NCBI GenBank assembly: GCA_965237905.1
Contig: OZ250172.1
Location: forward strand, 2,112,001 to 2,176,000
DNA from: Nitrospinaceae bacterium
Lineage (GTDB): Bacteria; Nitrospinota; Nitrospinia; Nitrospinales; Nitrospinaceae
Length of the DNA: 64,000 nt
Direction: 5' to 3'
A model generated the notes under the pieces. That model made no database searches. It had not been told where the DNA came from and was given only the letters and a program-made list of their open reading frames with translations. The position numbers and the translations under genes were made by a program. This document shows, piece after piece, positions 29,788 through 41,015 of the stretch. The stretch's first letter is position 1, and the number at the start of each line of letters is the position of its first letter.

Positions 29788-30573
29788 ATGATACCCTCCA
29801 CCCATCGATTTGTCGGGCCGACTTTAGTTGGATGTGCTGCGTTGTTGATCATCGGGCTGGCGTTTCCCCAAGCCTCAGGCGCGGCCATTTACAAATGGAA
29901 GGACGATAACGGGAAACTCCATTTCACGGACCAGCCTTCCAAAATCCCGCTGAAATACCGAAAAGAACACGGCAAGCCTGTTTACAAAACTCTCCCATCA
30001 GAAACCCAGGACTCCCCGGCTGGCTCGGCCTCTATCGAAGGTGAGGGGTCGGACAAATTTTACGCGTTTAATAACCTGGGTCAGCGAATGCCCATCATCG
30101 TCAGGGACAACACCGTACTATTTGCGTTGGCCACCTGGTGCCCCTATTCGAAAAAGCTGGTCCGGTTTCTGAACAACCCGAGTATTGCGAGAGAAATGAA
30201 ACATCTCGAGCTCATTTTCATTTTCGAAGACGAGTGGCCGCATATCAAGCAGGGAATTGATGAATCCGTCGGAAAGGGTGGCCTCACCCAAAAGCAAGCC
30301 GATGAGCAACTCCAGTATTACAAGAAAAAGGCTGAGGGAAAAATCGTATACAACCCTGCCTTCATAAAGAATTTGCCGGGCAAGCATTACTTCGCTACCT
30401 CCGGCGCCACGAAGTTGCAAAAGATTTTCCCGAAAAAAATCCCCCGGGTTTATTCTTCCTCGCAGAAGGATTTCGATCAAGGTGTTAAGAAATGGCTCGG
30501 AATCCAATTTGACGACCGGAAGGGCACGCGGGATTATTTAAGGGATGAATACGGAAAATACACCGAGAACTAG
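29788..30573 (+). CDS. Exported DUF4124-domain protein with thioredoxin-like CxxS segment
   Basis: Signal peptide; IYKWKDDNGKLHFTDQP (DUF4124); ATWCPYS. Confidence 0.75.
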   Translation: MIPSTHRFVGPTLVGCAALLIIGLAFPQASGAAIYKWKDDNGKLHFTDQPSKIPLKYRKEHGKPVYKTLPSETQDSPAGSASIEGEGSDKFYAFNNLGQRMPIIVRDNTVLFALATWCPYSKKLVRFLNNPSIAREMKHLELIFIFEDEWPHIKQGIDESVGKGGLTQKQADEQLQYYKKKAEGKIVYNPAFIKNLPGKHYFATSGATKLQKIFPKKIPRVYSSSQKDFDQGVKKWLGIQFDDRKGTRDYLRDEYGKYTEN

Positions 30574-30640
30574 AAGTGACACTTCCCTGGGCGGAATAAG
30601 CATCACGCGCCTCCGTACCTCCCCTGAAAAAGCCGTACCC

Positions 30641-30760
30641 AAATCCCTCCAGCCCTCTTCGTAAAGGGGGAGGTATTAATGTCACCCTTTCCTTCGGTAA
30701 GTTCAGGACAGGCTAATCGGCTCCGGGCCTTGCCCGTTCCCCTTCTTGATAAGGAGGGGG
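30641..30760. repeat. Inverted module-D copies with a CTTCGGTAAGTTCAGGACAGG unit between them
   Basis: 30641-30672 AAATCCCTCCAGCCCTCTTCGTAAAGGGGGAG resembles the reverse complement of 29126-29155; second hairpin CCCCTTCTTGATAAGGAGGGG. Confidence 0.7.
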
Positions 30761-30953
30761 GAATATTAAAGTTCGCCCCGTCCATAATCAGACCTCGCGG
30801 AGCGGCCGGGCGTCACGCTGGAATTGGGCGGGGTTCTATGATATGTTGAGCGTGAATGGCAACCCTAGCGTTTTATCCGGGCCGTGGCGGTACTATGGCC
30901 CTTCCGAAGCCCGCTCCGGGCCGGTTTTCTCGTCACCTTGATGCCTCAGGCGC

Positions 30954-31202
30954 ATGCTCGCTAAAATTCACGTTACCTTAAAAAACGGGGTACTCGACTC
31001 CCAGGGCAAGGCGGTGCATCACGCCCTCAACGATCTCGGTTACTCCGAGGTACAGGACGTGCACCTGGGCAAGTACATGGAGATTGCGCTGAAAGGCATT
31101 TCCGAAAAGGAAGCGCAGACCCGCGTCACGGAAATGTGCGAGAAACTGCTGGCCAATACCGTGATCGAATCCTACCGTTTCACGCTGGAGCCCGCGGAAT
31201 GA
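30954..31202 (+). CDS. purS: Phosphoribosylformylglycinamidine synthase subunit PurS
   Basis: LKNGVLDSQG, CEKLLANTVIE. Confidence 0.95.
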   Translation: MLAKIHVTLKNGVLDSQGKAVHHALNDLGYSEVQDVHLGKYMEIALKGISEKEAQTRVTEMCEKLLANTVIESYRFTLEPAE

Positions 31203-31224
31203 CCGTTCGCCCCAGGAGGCAACC

Positions 31225-31923
31225 ATGAAGTGCGGTATCGTCGTTTTCCCCGGTTCCAACTGCGACCATGATTGCTACCACATCCTCAAGCATGTTCTCC
31301 AGCTGGAGACCGACTGGATCTGGCACAAGGACGAAGCCCTGAGTTCCTTCGACTTCATTGTTCTTCCCGGCGGATTTTCCTACGGCGACTACCTGCGCCC
31401 CGGCGCCATCGCCCGCTTCTCGCCCATCATGAAATCGGTGATCGATTACGCCAACCAGGGCGGCCGCGTGCTGGGCATCTGCAACGGTTTCCAGATTCTG
31501 GTGGAATCTGGCCTGCTCCCCGGCGTGCTGATGGATAACGCAGGCCAACGCTTCATTTGCAAAAACCTAACTATCCGCGTGGACAACAACGAGACGCCGT
31601 TCACTTCCGAATACACGCCCGGCAGCGTGTTGAAAATACCAATCAATCACGGCCAGGGCCGCTATTTTACCGATGACGATACGTTGAAACGCCTGCAGGA
31701 CAACGATCAGGTCCTATTCCGTTATTGCGATGCGGAAGGCGGCATACCGGACGAAGCCAATCCCAACGGCTCGCTGGATCATATCGCCGGAGTGGCCAAC
31801 GCAACTAAAAACGTGATGGGCATGATGCCGCATCCCGAACGCTGTGCCGATCCCCTGTGGCCGGAAGTGGACGGCCAATTGATATTCAAATCCCTCATCG
31901 AATCGAGTTTGGCGCATTCATGA
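31225..31923 (+). CDS. purQ: FGAM synthase glutaminase subunit PurQ
   Basis: [32 protein letters not shown]. Confidence 0.97.
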   Translation: MKCGIVVFPGSNCDHDCYHILKHVLQLETDWIWHKDEALSSFDFIVLPGGFSYGDYLRPGAIARFSPIMKSVIDYANQGGRVLGICNGFQILVESGLLPGVLMDNAGQRFICKNLTIRVDNNETPFTSEYTPGSVLKIPINHGQGRYFTDDDTLKRLQDNDQVLFRYCDAEGGIPDEANPNGSLDHIAGVANATKNVMGMMPHPERCADPLWPEVDGQLIFKSLIESSLAHS

Positions 31924-34157
31924 CCGCTTCCACTCCCATTCCGATCACGCCGGACATCGTGGCCGAGCACGGCCTGTCTCCGGAAGAGTACGCCCGCATT
32001 CAGGAGTTGTTGAATCGCGATCCCAACCTGGTCGAGCTGGGAATTTTTTCGGCAATGTGGAGTGAGCATTGCAGTTACAAGAGCTCGCGTCCGCATCTCA
32101 AGACGCTTCCGACCGAAGGTCCGCGCGTCATCCAGGGTCCGGGGGAGAACGCCGGGGTGATGGACATCGGCGACGGACTGGCGGCGGTGTTCAAGATCGA
32201 AAGCCACAATCATCCATCGTTCATCGAACCCTATCAGGGCGCGGCAACGGGAGTGGGCGGCATCATGCGCGACATATTCACCATGGGTGCGCGTCCTATT
32301 GCATCACTCAATTCGCTCCGCTTCGGCGATCCCGAGCACGAAAAAACCCGCTACCTGTTGAATGGCGTGGTCAAAGGCATCGCCGATTACGGCAACTGCA
32401 TGGGTGTGCCGACCGTCGGCGGCGATATTTATTTCGACGCCTGTTACAATGGCAACATTCTCGTTAATGCATTTTGCCTGGGGCTTGCCAAAGCCGACCG
32501 GATTTTTCTCGGCAGTGCATCCGGCGTCGGCAATGCGCTGTTGTACGTCGGCTCGAAGACCGGACGCGATGGCATCCACGGAGCCAGCATGGCCTCGGCC
32601 GAGTTCGACGATGCCACCGAAGAAAAGCGCCCGACGGTTCAGGTGGGCGACCCGTTTACCGAAAAGTTATTATTGGAAGCCTGTCTCGAAATCATGAAAA
32701 AAGACTGGGTGGTCGGCGTGCAGGATATGGGCGCGGCGGGTTTGTCGTCGTCCTCGTTTGAAATGGCGGAACGCGCCGGCATGGGAATGGAACTCGATTT
32801 GGACGCTGTACCCCGGCGCGAAGAGGGCATGAACGCGTACGAGCTCATGCTGTCCGAATCGCAGGAACGTATGCTGTTCGTGGTGGAAAAGGGCCACGAA
32901 TCCGAGGCCCTCGACATTTTCAGAAAATGGGACCTGGATGTGGCAGTGATCGGGCGGGTGACCGACGACGGCATTTTCCGCGCAAAGGAAAACGGAGTGG
33001 AGGTGGTGAACCTGCCCATCGAAACTGTGGTGACGGGCGCGCTGAAATGCGATCGCCCCACGCGCAAGCCGGCTTATCTGGAGGAGATGGGAACGCTCGA
33101 TTTATCGTCCCGTGAGGTTCCAGCTGACTGCGGGGATGTTTTGAAGCAGCTTTTGGCTTCGCCCACCATCGCTTCCAAGCAGTTTGTGTACGAGCAATAT
33201 GACCACATGGTGCGGCTGAACACGCTGGTTTTGCCGGGGTCGGATGCGGCAGTGCTCCGTGTTCCGGAAACCGACAAGGCGCTGGCCCTGTCCGTGGATT
33301 GCAACCCGCGTTACGGTTATCTCGACCCTTATAGGGGTGCGCAGATTGCCGTGGCCGAGGCCTGCCGAAATGTGGTGTGCGCGGGCGCGGAACCGATCGG
33401 CGTGACCAATTGTCTCAACTTTGGCAACCCGGAAAACCCGGAAATCATGTGGCAGTTTCAGGAAGCGGTGCGTGGGTTAGGCGATTTGTGTCGTTTCCTG
33501 GATATTCCGGTGGTCAGTGGCAATGTCAGTCTCTATAATGAAACGAAAGGCGAAGCAATTTATCCCACACCGACCATTGCGGTGGTCGGGTTGATGGAAG
33601 ACCGTTCGCTCCACTGCACCCAGGGTTTCAAGCAGGAAGGGCATGTGATTGGCCTGCTGGGGTCAACCTTGGAGGAGTTGGGCGGCAGTGAGTATCAGAA
33701 GCTGTTCTGGAACGAGTGCCGCGGCAAGCCGCCGCTCTTGGACCCGAAAACAGAGCAATCGGTTCATCAGGTTTGTCTGGGTTTGATTCGCAAACAGTTG
33801 ATCCGCTCGGCGCATGATTGTTCCGAGGGTGGATTGGCGGTGGCCTTGGCCGAGTCTTGTATCACCGGACCGAAGCCTGTGGGAGCGGCCATTGAATTGA
33901 ATGGAGACATGCGCGCCGATGCCCTGCTGTTCGGAGAATCCCAGTCGCGAATCGTCATTTCATTTTCGGAAGATACGTTGCCTGAGATCGAAGCCCTGGC
34001 ACAGAAAGCAGGCATTCCATTTTCCGTTTTGGGATTGATGGGTGGCCAGGATTTTCAAATCAAGATCAATCAGAAGGAATCCATTAACCAGAATATTCTC
34101 ACACTTGAGGATATTTGGAAAAACTCCCTGGGCCGTTATGGAAATCGAGTTGCCTGA
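31920..34157 (+). CDS. purL: FGAM synthase subunit PurL
   Basis: [37 protein letters not shown] overlaps the purQ stop. Confidence 0.97.
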   Translation: MTASTPIPITPDIVAEHGLSPEEYARIQELLNRDPNLVELGIFSAMWSEHCSYKSSRPHLKTLPTEGPRVIQGPGENAGVMDIGDGLAAVFKIESHNHPSFIEPYQGAATGVGGIMRDIFTMGARPIASLNSLRFGDPEHEKTRYLLNGVVKGIADYGNCMGVPTVGGDIYFDACYNGNILVNAFCLGLAKADRIFLGSASGVGNALLYVGSKTGRDGIHGASMASAEFDDATEEKRPTVQVGDPFTEKLLLEACLEIMKKDWVVGVQDMGAAGLSSSSFEMAERAGMGMELDLDAVPRREEGMNAYELMLSESQERMLFVVEKGHESEALDIFRKWDLDVAVIGRVTDDGIFRAKENGVEVVNLPIETVVTGALKCDRPTRKPAYLEEMGTLDLSSREVPADCGDVLKQLLASPTIASKQFVYEQYDHMVRLNTLVLPGSDAAVLRVPETDKALALSVDCNPRYGYLDPYRGAQIAVAEACRNVVCAGAEPIGVTNCLNFGNPENPEIMWQFQEAVRGLGDLCRFLDIPVVSGNVSLYNETKGEAIYPTPTIAVVGLMEDRSLHCTQGFKQEGHVIGLLGSTLEELGGSEYQKLFWNECRGKPPLLDPKTEQSVHQVCLGLIRKQLIRSAHDCSEGGLAVALAESCITGPKPVGAAIELNGDMRADALLFGESQSRIVISFSEDTLPEIEALAQKAGIPFSVLGLMGGQDFQIKINQKESINQNILTLEDIWKNSLGRYGNRVA

Positions 34158-35574
34158 TAACGACAAGTTTCATGAAGAGTGCGGCGTGGTGGCTGTCTAC
34201 GGCCATAAGGAAGCGGCCAACCTGGCCTATCTAGGGTTGTACGCCCTTCAGCACCGGGGGCAGGAAAGCGCCGGAATCACGTCCTGTGACCGCGGCCAGA
34301 TGTACCGGGAAGTCGGCATGGGATTGGTGGCGGATATTTTCAACACCAAGCGCATCAAGCGTCTGCCCGGCAACATGGCGCTGGCCCACAACCGGTATTC
34401 CACCGCAGGGGACAGCAAAATCATGAACGCCCAACCCTGCCTGATCAATTACGCCAAGGGCTCGCTGGCTCTGGCGCACAACGGGAATCTCGTCAACGCG
34501 AACACGATCCGCGAAGCCCTCGTGGAAGAAGGCGCAATTTCCCAATCCACCAACGACAGCGAAGTGATCGTTCATCTGATCGCCCATTCGCATTCCGAAA
34601 CGTTTGTCGAACGAGTGGTGGAGGCCCTGCTGGCGGTCAACGGGGCGTACTCGCTGGCGTTGATGACCGATACCGAAATCGTCGCCGCGCGCGATCCCTT
34701 CGGGTTTCGTCCGCTGTGTCTGGGTAAACTGGACGGGGGATATATCGTCGCGTCGGAATCCTGTGTCATGGATCTGATCGAAGCGGAGTTTATTCGTGAA
34801 ATAGAACCTGGCGAGGTGTTGCTGATCAATAAGGATGGTTTGAAATCGTTTTTCCCGTTCCGGAAGATGGAAGTCAAGCGTTGTATCTTTGAGCATATCT
34901 ATTTTGCGCGCCCGGACAGTTTCCTGTTCGGCGAGAATGTGTACGCTGTGCGCAAGCGCATGGGCATAGCGTTGGCCCGGCAGTCGCCGGTAGCGGCCGA
35001 TATCGTGGTGCCGGTTCCTGACTCAGGCAATATCTCCGCACTCGGTTACTCGGAAGAGTCGGGCATTCCTTTTGAAATGGGGCTGATCCGTAACCATTAT
35101 GTGGGGCGGACTTTTATCGAGCCGAAATCACAGATCCGGCATTTCGGCGTGAAGGTGAAGCTGAACGCGGTGAAGGAAATCATCAAAGGCAAGCGGGTGA
35201 TCATCATCGACGATTCGATTGTGAGGGGAACGACCAGCCGGAAAATTGTCAAGATGGTGCGGGCGGCGGGAGCCAAAGAGGTGCATGTCCGTATCAGTTC
35301 ACCACCTACCCTGTATCCCTGCTTTTACGGGATCGATACTCCGGATCGCGAACAACTTATCGCTTCCAAGCATACCCTGGAGGAGACCCGCCGTTATGTT
35401 ACCGCCGATACGCTGGAGTACATCGACATCGACAACATGATGGACACCATGGATAGTGAGAAGTCCACTTACTGCGCGGCCTGCTTTGATGGCAATTACG
35501 TGGTGCCGGTGGACGGCAAAGGAACCCAACCGATCCAACTCAACCTGTTCGGAAGCGAAACGAAAGAAGTCTGA
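34138..35574 (+). CDS. purF: Amidophosphoribosyltransferase
   Basis: [34 protein letters not shown]. Confidence 0.97.
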   Translation: MEIELPDNDKFHEECGVVAVYGHKEAANLAYLGLYALQHRGQESAGITSCDRGQMYREVGMGLVADIFNTKRIKRLPGNMALAHNRYSTAGDSKIMNAQPCLINYAKGSLALAHNGNLVNANTIREALVEEGAISQSTNDSEVIVHLIAHSHSETFVERVVEALLAVNGAYSLALMTDTEIVAARDPFGFRPLCLGKLDGGYIVASESCVMDLIEAEFIREIEPGEVLLINKDGLKSFFPFRKMEVKRCIFEHIYFARPDSFLFGENVYAVRKRMGIALARQSPVAADIVVPVPDSGNISALGYSEESGIPFEMGLIRNHYVGRTFIEPKSQIRHFGVKVKLNAVKEIIKGKRVIIIDDSIVRGTTSRKIVKMVRAAGAKEVHVRISSPPTLYPCFYGIDTPDREQLIASKHTLEETRRYVTADTLEYIDIDNMMDTMDSEKSTYCAACFDGNYVVPVDGKGTQPIQLNLFGSETKEV

Positions 35575-35598
35575 ACGGCTGACTCCCGCCTTAACGGT

Positions 35599-36147
35599 TT
35601 ATTCTTTCCATTTGATGGAACAACCCACGGACGAGACTTGGTCGTCGTTGACCTCTTGGTCCGTGAGGAGGGCTTCGATGGCGTCTTTCAAATCGTGGCG
35701 GGTGATTTCATCCGGGTGCTGCCAGTTGTCGTCGACACGGCCCCGGTATTTCAGAGTTCGCTCGATTCCGTAAACATAGATATCCGGCGTGCATACCGCA
35801 TCATAGGCCTTCGCGGATTCCTGGGAAGCATCGAACAGGTAGGGAAAGGGGAGCTGTTTTTTCTCGGCCAGGGCTTTCATGTTTTCCGGGGAGTCATCGG
35901 GATATTTTTCCACGTCATTCACATTGATGCCCACCAACCGCACGGACTGCTCCGCGTATTCGTTTTGCAGGTTGATCAATCGCCTCAGCACGGCTTTCAC
36001 GTAGGGGCAGTGGTTGCACATGAAAATGATGACCAGGATCTTTTTGTCCCCAAAGTTCATCAGGGAATACGTTTTACCGTCGGTGCCGGGCAGATTGAAA
36101 TCGGGCGCCGGGGTGCCCAACGGCACCATTGTGGAATGCTCTGCCAT
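35599..36147 (-). CDS. Thioredoxin-family (AhpC/TSA-like) protein
   Basis: CNHCPYV, CTPD, YRGRVDD, GCSIKW. Confidence 0.9.
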   Translation of the reverse strand: MAEHSTMVPLGTPAPDFNLPGTDGKTYSLMNFGDKKILVIIFMCNHCPYVKAVLRRLINLQNEYAEQSVRLVGINVNDVEKYPDDSPENMKALAEKKQLPFPYLFDASQESAKAYDAVCTPDIYVYGIERTLKYRGRVDDNWQHPDEITRHDLKDAIEALLTDQEVNDDQVSSVGCSIKWKE

Positions 36148-36228
36148 GATCGAAAGTCCCCTATCGCTCGAGCCTGTCGAAGATTGAATTTAAGTTATTT
36201 ACAAAAACGTTCCCTGAGCCGGAGACTG

Positions 36229-37137
36229 TTAGCTTTTACAGCTCATGCCGGACACTCTACAAGTATAACACGCAGAATGATAAAGAGGGAAGGGGTGCAG
36301 GGTCTCTTCGATGGTGTCGCCCATGCGCGCGGGTTCTTCTTCGATCAGGATCGGGCACACGTACACACCCTTGGCCGTCACCATCCGCGAGCTGGCGCAC
36401 TGCAGGTTGGTGATGGGAAAGCTCTCGAAACATTTCTCGGTGACGCGCTCGTTGGCGTGATACTCGCGTTCGTTCACTGCCAGTTCTCCCATCAGAAACC
36501 CGGGCAGGAATTTGACCTGCGGATTGGGAACGTCGTGTCCCCGCATGAACGTCAGAGCTTTCCTTTCCATTGCGGGGTCCTCCTCCTCGTCCCAACTGCG
36601 CACCATGGTCAGGTGTGCGGAGAATCCGGCTTCCGCCAGGTAGCGGATGCCGCGCAGAGCCAGCTTGAAGCAGTTTCTGCCGCGAATCGCGTCGTTCTCT
36701 TTTTCGTCCAGGCTGTCGAGGCTGACTCTGAATTGTAATTTGTTTTTGGAGCGGGCCTGGAGTTCTGCCAGGCGTTGCGCTTTCTCTTTGCTGATGAGCA
36801 TCCCGTTGGTCAGCGAGGTGCAGGGACCGTATTCGAGAATCGCTTCGTAAATCTCGAGCAGTTCCGGATTGAGAAACACCTCGCCGCCGGTGATGTAATA
36901 ATCTTGAATGCCGAGATGCTTCGATTCCTCCAGATGCTTTCGGACCTGCGCCAGGGTCATCAGCGGATGATTGGTATTTTGCGGAGTGCAGCTGATGAAG
37001 CAGTGCGTGCAGGTCAGGTTGCACACCGTGCCCCCGACCTGAAGCCACAAGGTATCGAGACCCGCCATCGGCACTTCGGGAATTTTCGCGATCTCAGGTT
37101 TCTTTTCCGGTATCGGTATATGCGGCGCAAGATTCAT
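36229..37137 (-). CDS. Radical SAM protein, function unknown
   Basis: CNLTCTHC, TGGE, TNG; C-terminal Cys cluster (QCASSR, VCP, CYTC). Confidence 0.88.
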   Translation of the reverse strand: MNLAPHIPIPEKKPEIAKIPEVPMAGLDTLWLQVGGTVCNLTCTHCFISCTPQNTNHPLMTLAQVRKHLEESKHLGIQDYYITGGEVFLNPELLEIYEAILEYGPCTSLTNGMLISKEKAQRLAELQARSKNKLQFRVSLDSLDEKENDAIRGRNCFKLALRGIRYLAEAGFSAHLTMVRSWDEEEDPAMERKALTFMRGHDVPNPQVKFLPGFLMGELAVNEREYHANERVTEKCFESFPITNLQCASSRMVTAKGVYVCPILIEEEPARMGDTIEETLHPFPLYHSACYTCRVSGMSCKS

Positions 37138-37249
37138 GGGTTCAGCCTAACAGAAGTGGTATTTAATGTTCAACCTGTAACACTATTAGAGGGGAAAATC
37201 TGTTGAATCTTGGTCGGTTGTGAGGCAGAAAACTTACAGAAAAACCGGG

Positions 37250-38371
37250 TTACAGTCCGGCGGATTCGTAGGAGTCGCTGATATTTTTGATGCGCAGTTT
37301 GCGGCGCAGGGCGGCGAATCCCTCGGAGGCGGTTTTGCCGAGAGTGGATTGATACACCGGCCGTTGGGCGAGGCGGGCGGTCTTTGGCTTGTCGGTATAA
37401 AAGGGCGCGTCCAGCGGGCTGATCCAGCCACTGGCGGGGTACAGCCACTTCAAATTCAGTTTTTCCTTCTGCGCGGTTTTATGGAGATGATCCGCCACCT
37501 GTCGCATTTCCTGCAGGTCGTCTTTCAGATGCAGGCCTTGCCCGGGAATTTTAATCAGAGGCAGAATGCCCTGTTTCGATAGGGCGGTGATCTTTTCCAA
37601 TAATGGTTGCGGATGCTTGAGGTCCAGCACCAGTTCGGTGGTGACGGTACCGGGACCGAACATGCCTGCCGCATATTCGAGGCCCTTCGTTCCCTGTTTG
37701 ACAGGGAAAGCCGGTTGCGGCGATCCATCCTCTGCGTATTGCTCCAGCGGGAACGCGATCAAATCCACCCCCGCCGCGTAAAATGAATCGATGATCCCGA
37801 GGTCATCCGGCGGGAATCCGCGCAGGGCGACAAACGTCCGGAAATTTTTCTTGATGCTTTGCACCAACGGCGCGAGTCGCGAAAACCCCCGGTCCTTTTC
37901 TGCGCAATGTTTCATGTTGAGTTGCACCAGGTCCGCCACGCCTTCCTGAAAAGCGGTGCGGATGAGACTCACCGTATCTTCCAGGCTCAGGTTCAACTGG
38001 CGCGTGTTGTCTTCCAGGCTCAGGTTGACATTGAGGCAGTACCCGTCGAGTTGAATCAATGCGGATGCCGGGTTGCGGGATGCTTGCGGATCCTTTAAAA
38101 ATTGGGGCGCAGGAATCACGCCGACTTCCAGCGGACCTTTTTCCAGGTTCAGAACCACTTTGTCATCCTGAACGTCGATCAGGGTGGCTGAACTCTTATC
38201 CGGATTCACCCGCGCGCGTACGAAAAAATCCTCCGCCAGCGACAAAACGATACTCTGCCCGTCGCCTTCCGGAAAAATTCCCGGCGCGACGAGGTCGTGG
38301 CTCCGCACGTTTTGGGCAAAGGCGACGCCCCGGTGCAGAAGTTCCAGTTTGAGTTGTCCCAGTGTGTTCAT
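37250..38371 (-). CDS. Hypothetical protein, probable degenerate radical-SAM-fold protein
   Basis: 373 aa with only two Cys and no CxxxCxxC; YAAGVD-type barrel segment. Family resemblance is from memory. Confidence 0.55.
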   Translation of the reverse strand: MNTLGQLKLELLHRGVAFAQNVRSHDLVAPGIFPEGDGQSIVLSLAEDFFVRARVNPDKSSATLIDVQDDKVVLNLEKGPLEVGVIPAPQFLKDPQASRNPASALIQLDGYCLNVNLSLEDNTRQLNLSLEDTVSLIRTAFQEGVADLVQLNMKHCAEKDRGFSRLAPLVQSIKKNFRTFVALRGFPPDDLGIIDSFYAAGVDLIAFPLEQYAEDGSPQPAFPVKQGTKGLEYAAGMFGPGTVTTELVLDLKHPQPLLEKITALSKQGILPLIKIPGQGLHLKDDLQEMRQVADHLHKTAQKEKLNLKWLYPASGWISPLDAPFYTDKPKTARLAQRPVYQSTLGKTASEGFAALRRKLRIKNISDSYESAGL

Positions 38372-38372
38372 G

Positions 38373-39776
38373 CTATAAACGGTCCAGCAGTTTCTGGTGA
38401 ATGCCGTCGAATCCGCCGGAGGACATGATCATCACCACATCACCCGGCTGTTGATGTTCGACGATAAAATCGATGATTGCTTCCACCGTCGGTAAGAATT
38501 GAGCCTCGCGTCCTTGGGCCCGGATCGTTGCCACTACCTTTTTCGGGTCGAGCCGTTCCTCCGCTTGCAATTTATCCGGCGCGAACAGATCAGCGATGAT
38601 CGTTTGGTCCGCCAGCCGGAAACTTTCCGGCAAAGACTCCTCGAACGTTTTGCGGCGCGAGGTGGCGGAACGCGGCTCGAACACCGCCCAAATCCGATGC
38701 CCCGGCCAGGCGTCTTTCGCCCCTTCCAGCGTCAGGTGGATCGCGGTGGGATGATGCGCGAAATCGTCGATCACCGTCACCCCGTTTTTTTCTCCGATCA
38801 CTTCCTGGCGGCGCTTGATCCCTTTAAAATTTTTGAGTCCGTCAGCGACCGCATCGGCCGACAGGCCGCACTTGAGGGCCAGGGCCGTCACTGCCGCAGA
38901 GTTGAGTATGTTGTGCCGCCCGATCATCGGCAGATGGAAACGGCCCACCTTTTTACCGTGATGGTTCAGGGTGAACTGACCGTGCCCGTCCTCGAAACGG
39001 TAATCGGCAACCTGCCAGTCGGCCTGGTCCGAAAACCCATAGGTCTCCACTTCGCATTGTGCCTTATTGATCACATCTTTCGTGTTTTTATCGGAAAATT
39101 CAACCAAAAGAAAACCTTTGGGGTCGATTATTTCCATAAATTTCCGAAACGACTCTTTGATATGGTCCAGATCTCGGAAAATATCGGCGTGATCGAATTC
39201 GATGCTCGTCAGAATCGCCGCGTAGGGCCGGTAATGGAGAAACTTGGGTCCCTTGTCGAAAAAGGCGGTGTCGTATTCGTCGCCTTCGGTGATGAACCAG
39301 TCGCCCTGCGGGAGTTTGTGGTTGGTGTCGAAATTCTTGAGCCAGCCGCCCACCATGAAGCCGGGTTTCTGCCCGCAGGCCTCGAACACCCAACTCAGCA
39401 TGGCGGAGGTGGTGGTTTTGCCGTGGGTGCCGGTAACCACCAGCGATTTCCGCCCCTCCAGGAAAAACCGCGACAGCGCCTGCGGCATGGATATATACGG
39501 GATGTCCGCCGCCTGCACCGCCAGCACTTCCTCATTGTCCTTGGACACCGCGTTGCCGACGACCACCAAGTCGATCTTGCCGGTGATGTTTTCTTTTTTG
39601 TAGCCGGGCTTGATTTCGATCCCGATGTTTTCCAGCAGGGTGCTCATTGGGGGATAGATGTTGGTATCCGATCCGGTCACCCGGTATCCCGCCCCTTTCA
39701 GGAGCCCGGCGAGGGAGGCCATACCGGTTCCGCAAATGGCAATGATGTATATGTTTTTAATCTCTTTGGGATTCAT
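38373..39776 (-). CDS. mpl: UDP-N-acetylmuramate:L-alanyl-gamma-D-glutamyl-meso-DAP ligase
   Basis: ICGTGMASLA, GTHGKTTT, EGDEYDTAFFDK, DDFAHHPTAI, FEPRS. Confidence 0.95.
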   Translation of the reverse strand: MNPKEIKNIYIIAICGTGMASLAGLLKGAGYRVTGSDTNIYPPMSTLLENIGIEIKPGYKKENITGKIDLVVVGNAVSKDNEEVLAVQAADIPYISMPQALSRFFLEGRKSLVVTGTHGKTTTSAMLSWVFEACGQKPGFMVGGWLKNFDTNHKLPQGDWFITEGDEYDTAFFDKGPKFLHYRPYAAILTSIEFDHADIFRDLDHIKESFRKFMEIIDPKGFLLVEFSDKNTKDVINKAQCEVETYGFSDQADWQVADYRFEDGHGQFTLNHHGKKVGRFHLPMIGRHNILNSAAVTALALKCGLSADAVADGLKNFKGIKRRQEVIGEKNGVTVIDDFAHHPTAIHLTLEGAKDAWPGHRIWAVFEPRSATSRRKTFEESLPESFRLADQTIIADLFAPDKLQAEERLDPKKVVATIRAQGREAQFLPTVEAIIDFIVEHQQPGDVVMIMSSGGFDGIHQKLLDRL

Positions 39777-39831
39777 AGGAATCGGCAATTGTAGGTTTTA
39801 CCTGGATTAAAGTCAAATGAGGTCTGCGGGA

Positions 39832-40476
39832 TCAGCGGGCGAATTGTTTCAGTTCCGAGAGGTCGTCGATGATCCAGTCGGGTTGGGCGGATTCGAGGGA
39901 TTCGCGTCCGGCATGACCGTAGGTGACGCCGCAGGTCCGGACGCCCGCCCGCTTGCCGGTTTCGACGTCCACCAGGCTGTCGCCGATCATGAGGGTATCT
40001 TCCGGGCGCACCCCATGTTGTTCCAGAATGTGGTGCAGTCCTCCGGGGTCGGGCTTTTTTTCTGCCATCAGATCACCGCCGATGATGGTCGAAAAGGGAT
40101 CACGGCAGTCCAGCGCGTCCAGAATCTGGGTGATAAAACGGGTGGGCTTGTTGGACAGGATGGTATTCTCTTTATGGGCAAAATGCTCGAGGATCTCGCG
40201 GCAGTTCGGGAACAGATCGGTCTGGTCCATCAGGTGTTCTTCATAGTGCCGCATGAAAGCGTCGATGGCGCGGGGCAGGTCGTCGTATCCCGTCCCTTCC
40301 AGCGACCGGGTCATCAGGTGGTTCACGCCTTTGCCGATGAAGGTGTACAGTCTTTCCCGGTCGAGTGTTCGCAGTTCCAGTTCCTTCAGGGTCCGATTGA
40401 CCGAGTCGACGATATCTTTTTTGGTATCGACCAGCGTGCCGTCGAAATCGAACACAAACAATTGGAAGGAAGTCAT
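39832..40476 (-). CDS. HAD hydrolase, phosphoglycolate-phosphatase-like
   Basis: FDFDGTLVD, SNKP, KKPDP, IGDS..D. Confidence 0.88.
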   Translation of the reverse strand: MTSFQLFVFDFDGTLVDTKKDIVDSVNRTLKELELRTLDRERLYTFIGKGVNHLMTRSLEGTGYDDLPRAIDAFMRHYEEHLMDQTDLFPNCREILEHFAHKENTILSNKPTRFITQILDALDCRDPFSTIIGGDLMAEKKPDPGGLHHILEQHGVRPEDTLMIGDSLVDVETGKRAGVRTCGVTYGHAGRESLESAQPDWIIDDLSELKQFAR

Positions 40477-40518
40477 AAGATCAACGTCACCAGAAATTCA
40501 ACCGGACTCGGGTTCCGC

Positions 40519-40827
40519 TTAATCCATGTTGGAGGCGTACCGGTAGGCCCGGACGACATTATCTTTATCGAACAGGACCACCAGTTCCTTGGACTTATCC
40601 TTGCCGATCGATTGCCAGGTATCAAATTGATACGTCCACATGGGATTGCCGTTACGCACGCCTTCCTTGAAGGCCACGCCGAACCAATCGAGGATTTGCA
40701 ATTGGGTGGTGACGCCATTTTGGATTTCATCAACATGGACCACGGGGAAATTTTTGCCCGTCGATCCGCAACCGGCCAGAAACAGCGTGATGAACAATGC
40801 GGAAAAGAGGAGAACGCAACGCTTCAT
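40519..40827 (-). CDS. BamE/SmpA-like small lipoprotein
   Basis: Lipobox LAGC; GVTT..ILDWFG, WTY, LVVLFD; GGAGG RBS. Confidence 0.75.
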   Translation of the reverse strand: MKRCVLLFSALFITLFLAGCGSTGKNFPVVHVDEIQNGVTTQLQILDWFGVAFKEGVRNGNPMWTYQFDTWQSIGKDKSKELVVLFDKDNVVRAYRYASNMD

Positions 40828-40903
40828 GCCAAACCTCCATGGATAGGGATTGAATATTATTTCTCAAACCTGTAAAAGAATAAAAGTTGGTCCGCCCGCC
40901 GGG

Positions 40904-40924
40904 CCAGCGCAACGCTGGACCTAA
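40904..40924. promoter_or_regulatory. Palindrome CCAGCG-CAA-CGCTGG (copy 3)
   Basis: Same arms and a similar RCCYAR tail as the copies at 3576 and 19241. Confidence 0.5.
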
Positions 40925-41015
40925 ATTATGAACTGCGCCCAGTGACATTTTTTTGGGGCAATGGTCAGCCAGTTCCCCCTCCGGGCAGGAGGCGGCCTAA
41001 GTTTAACAAATTGGA

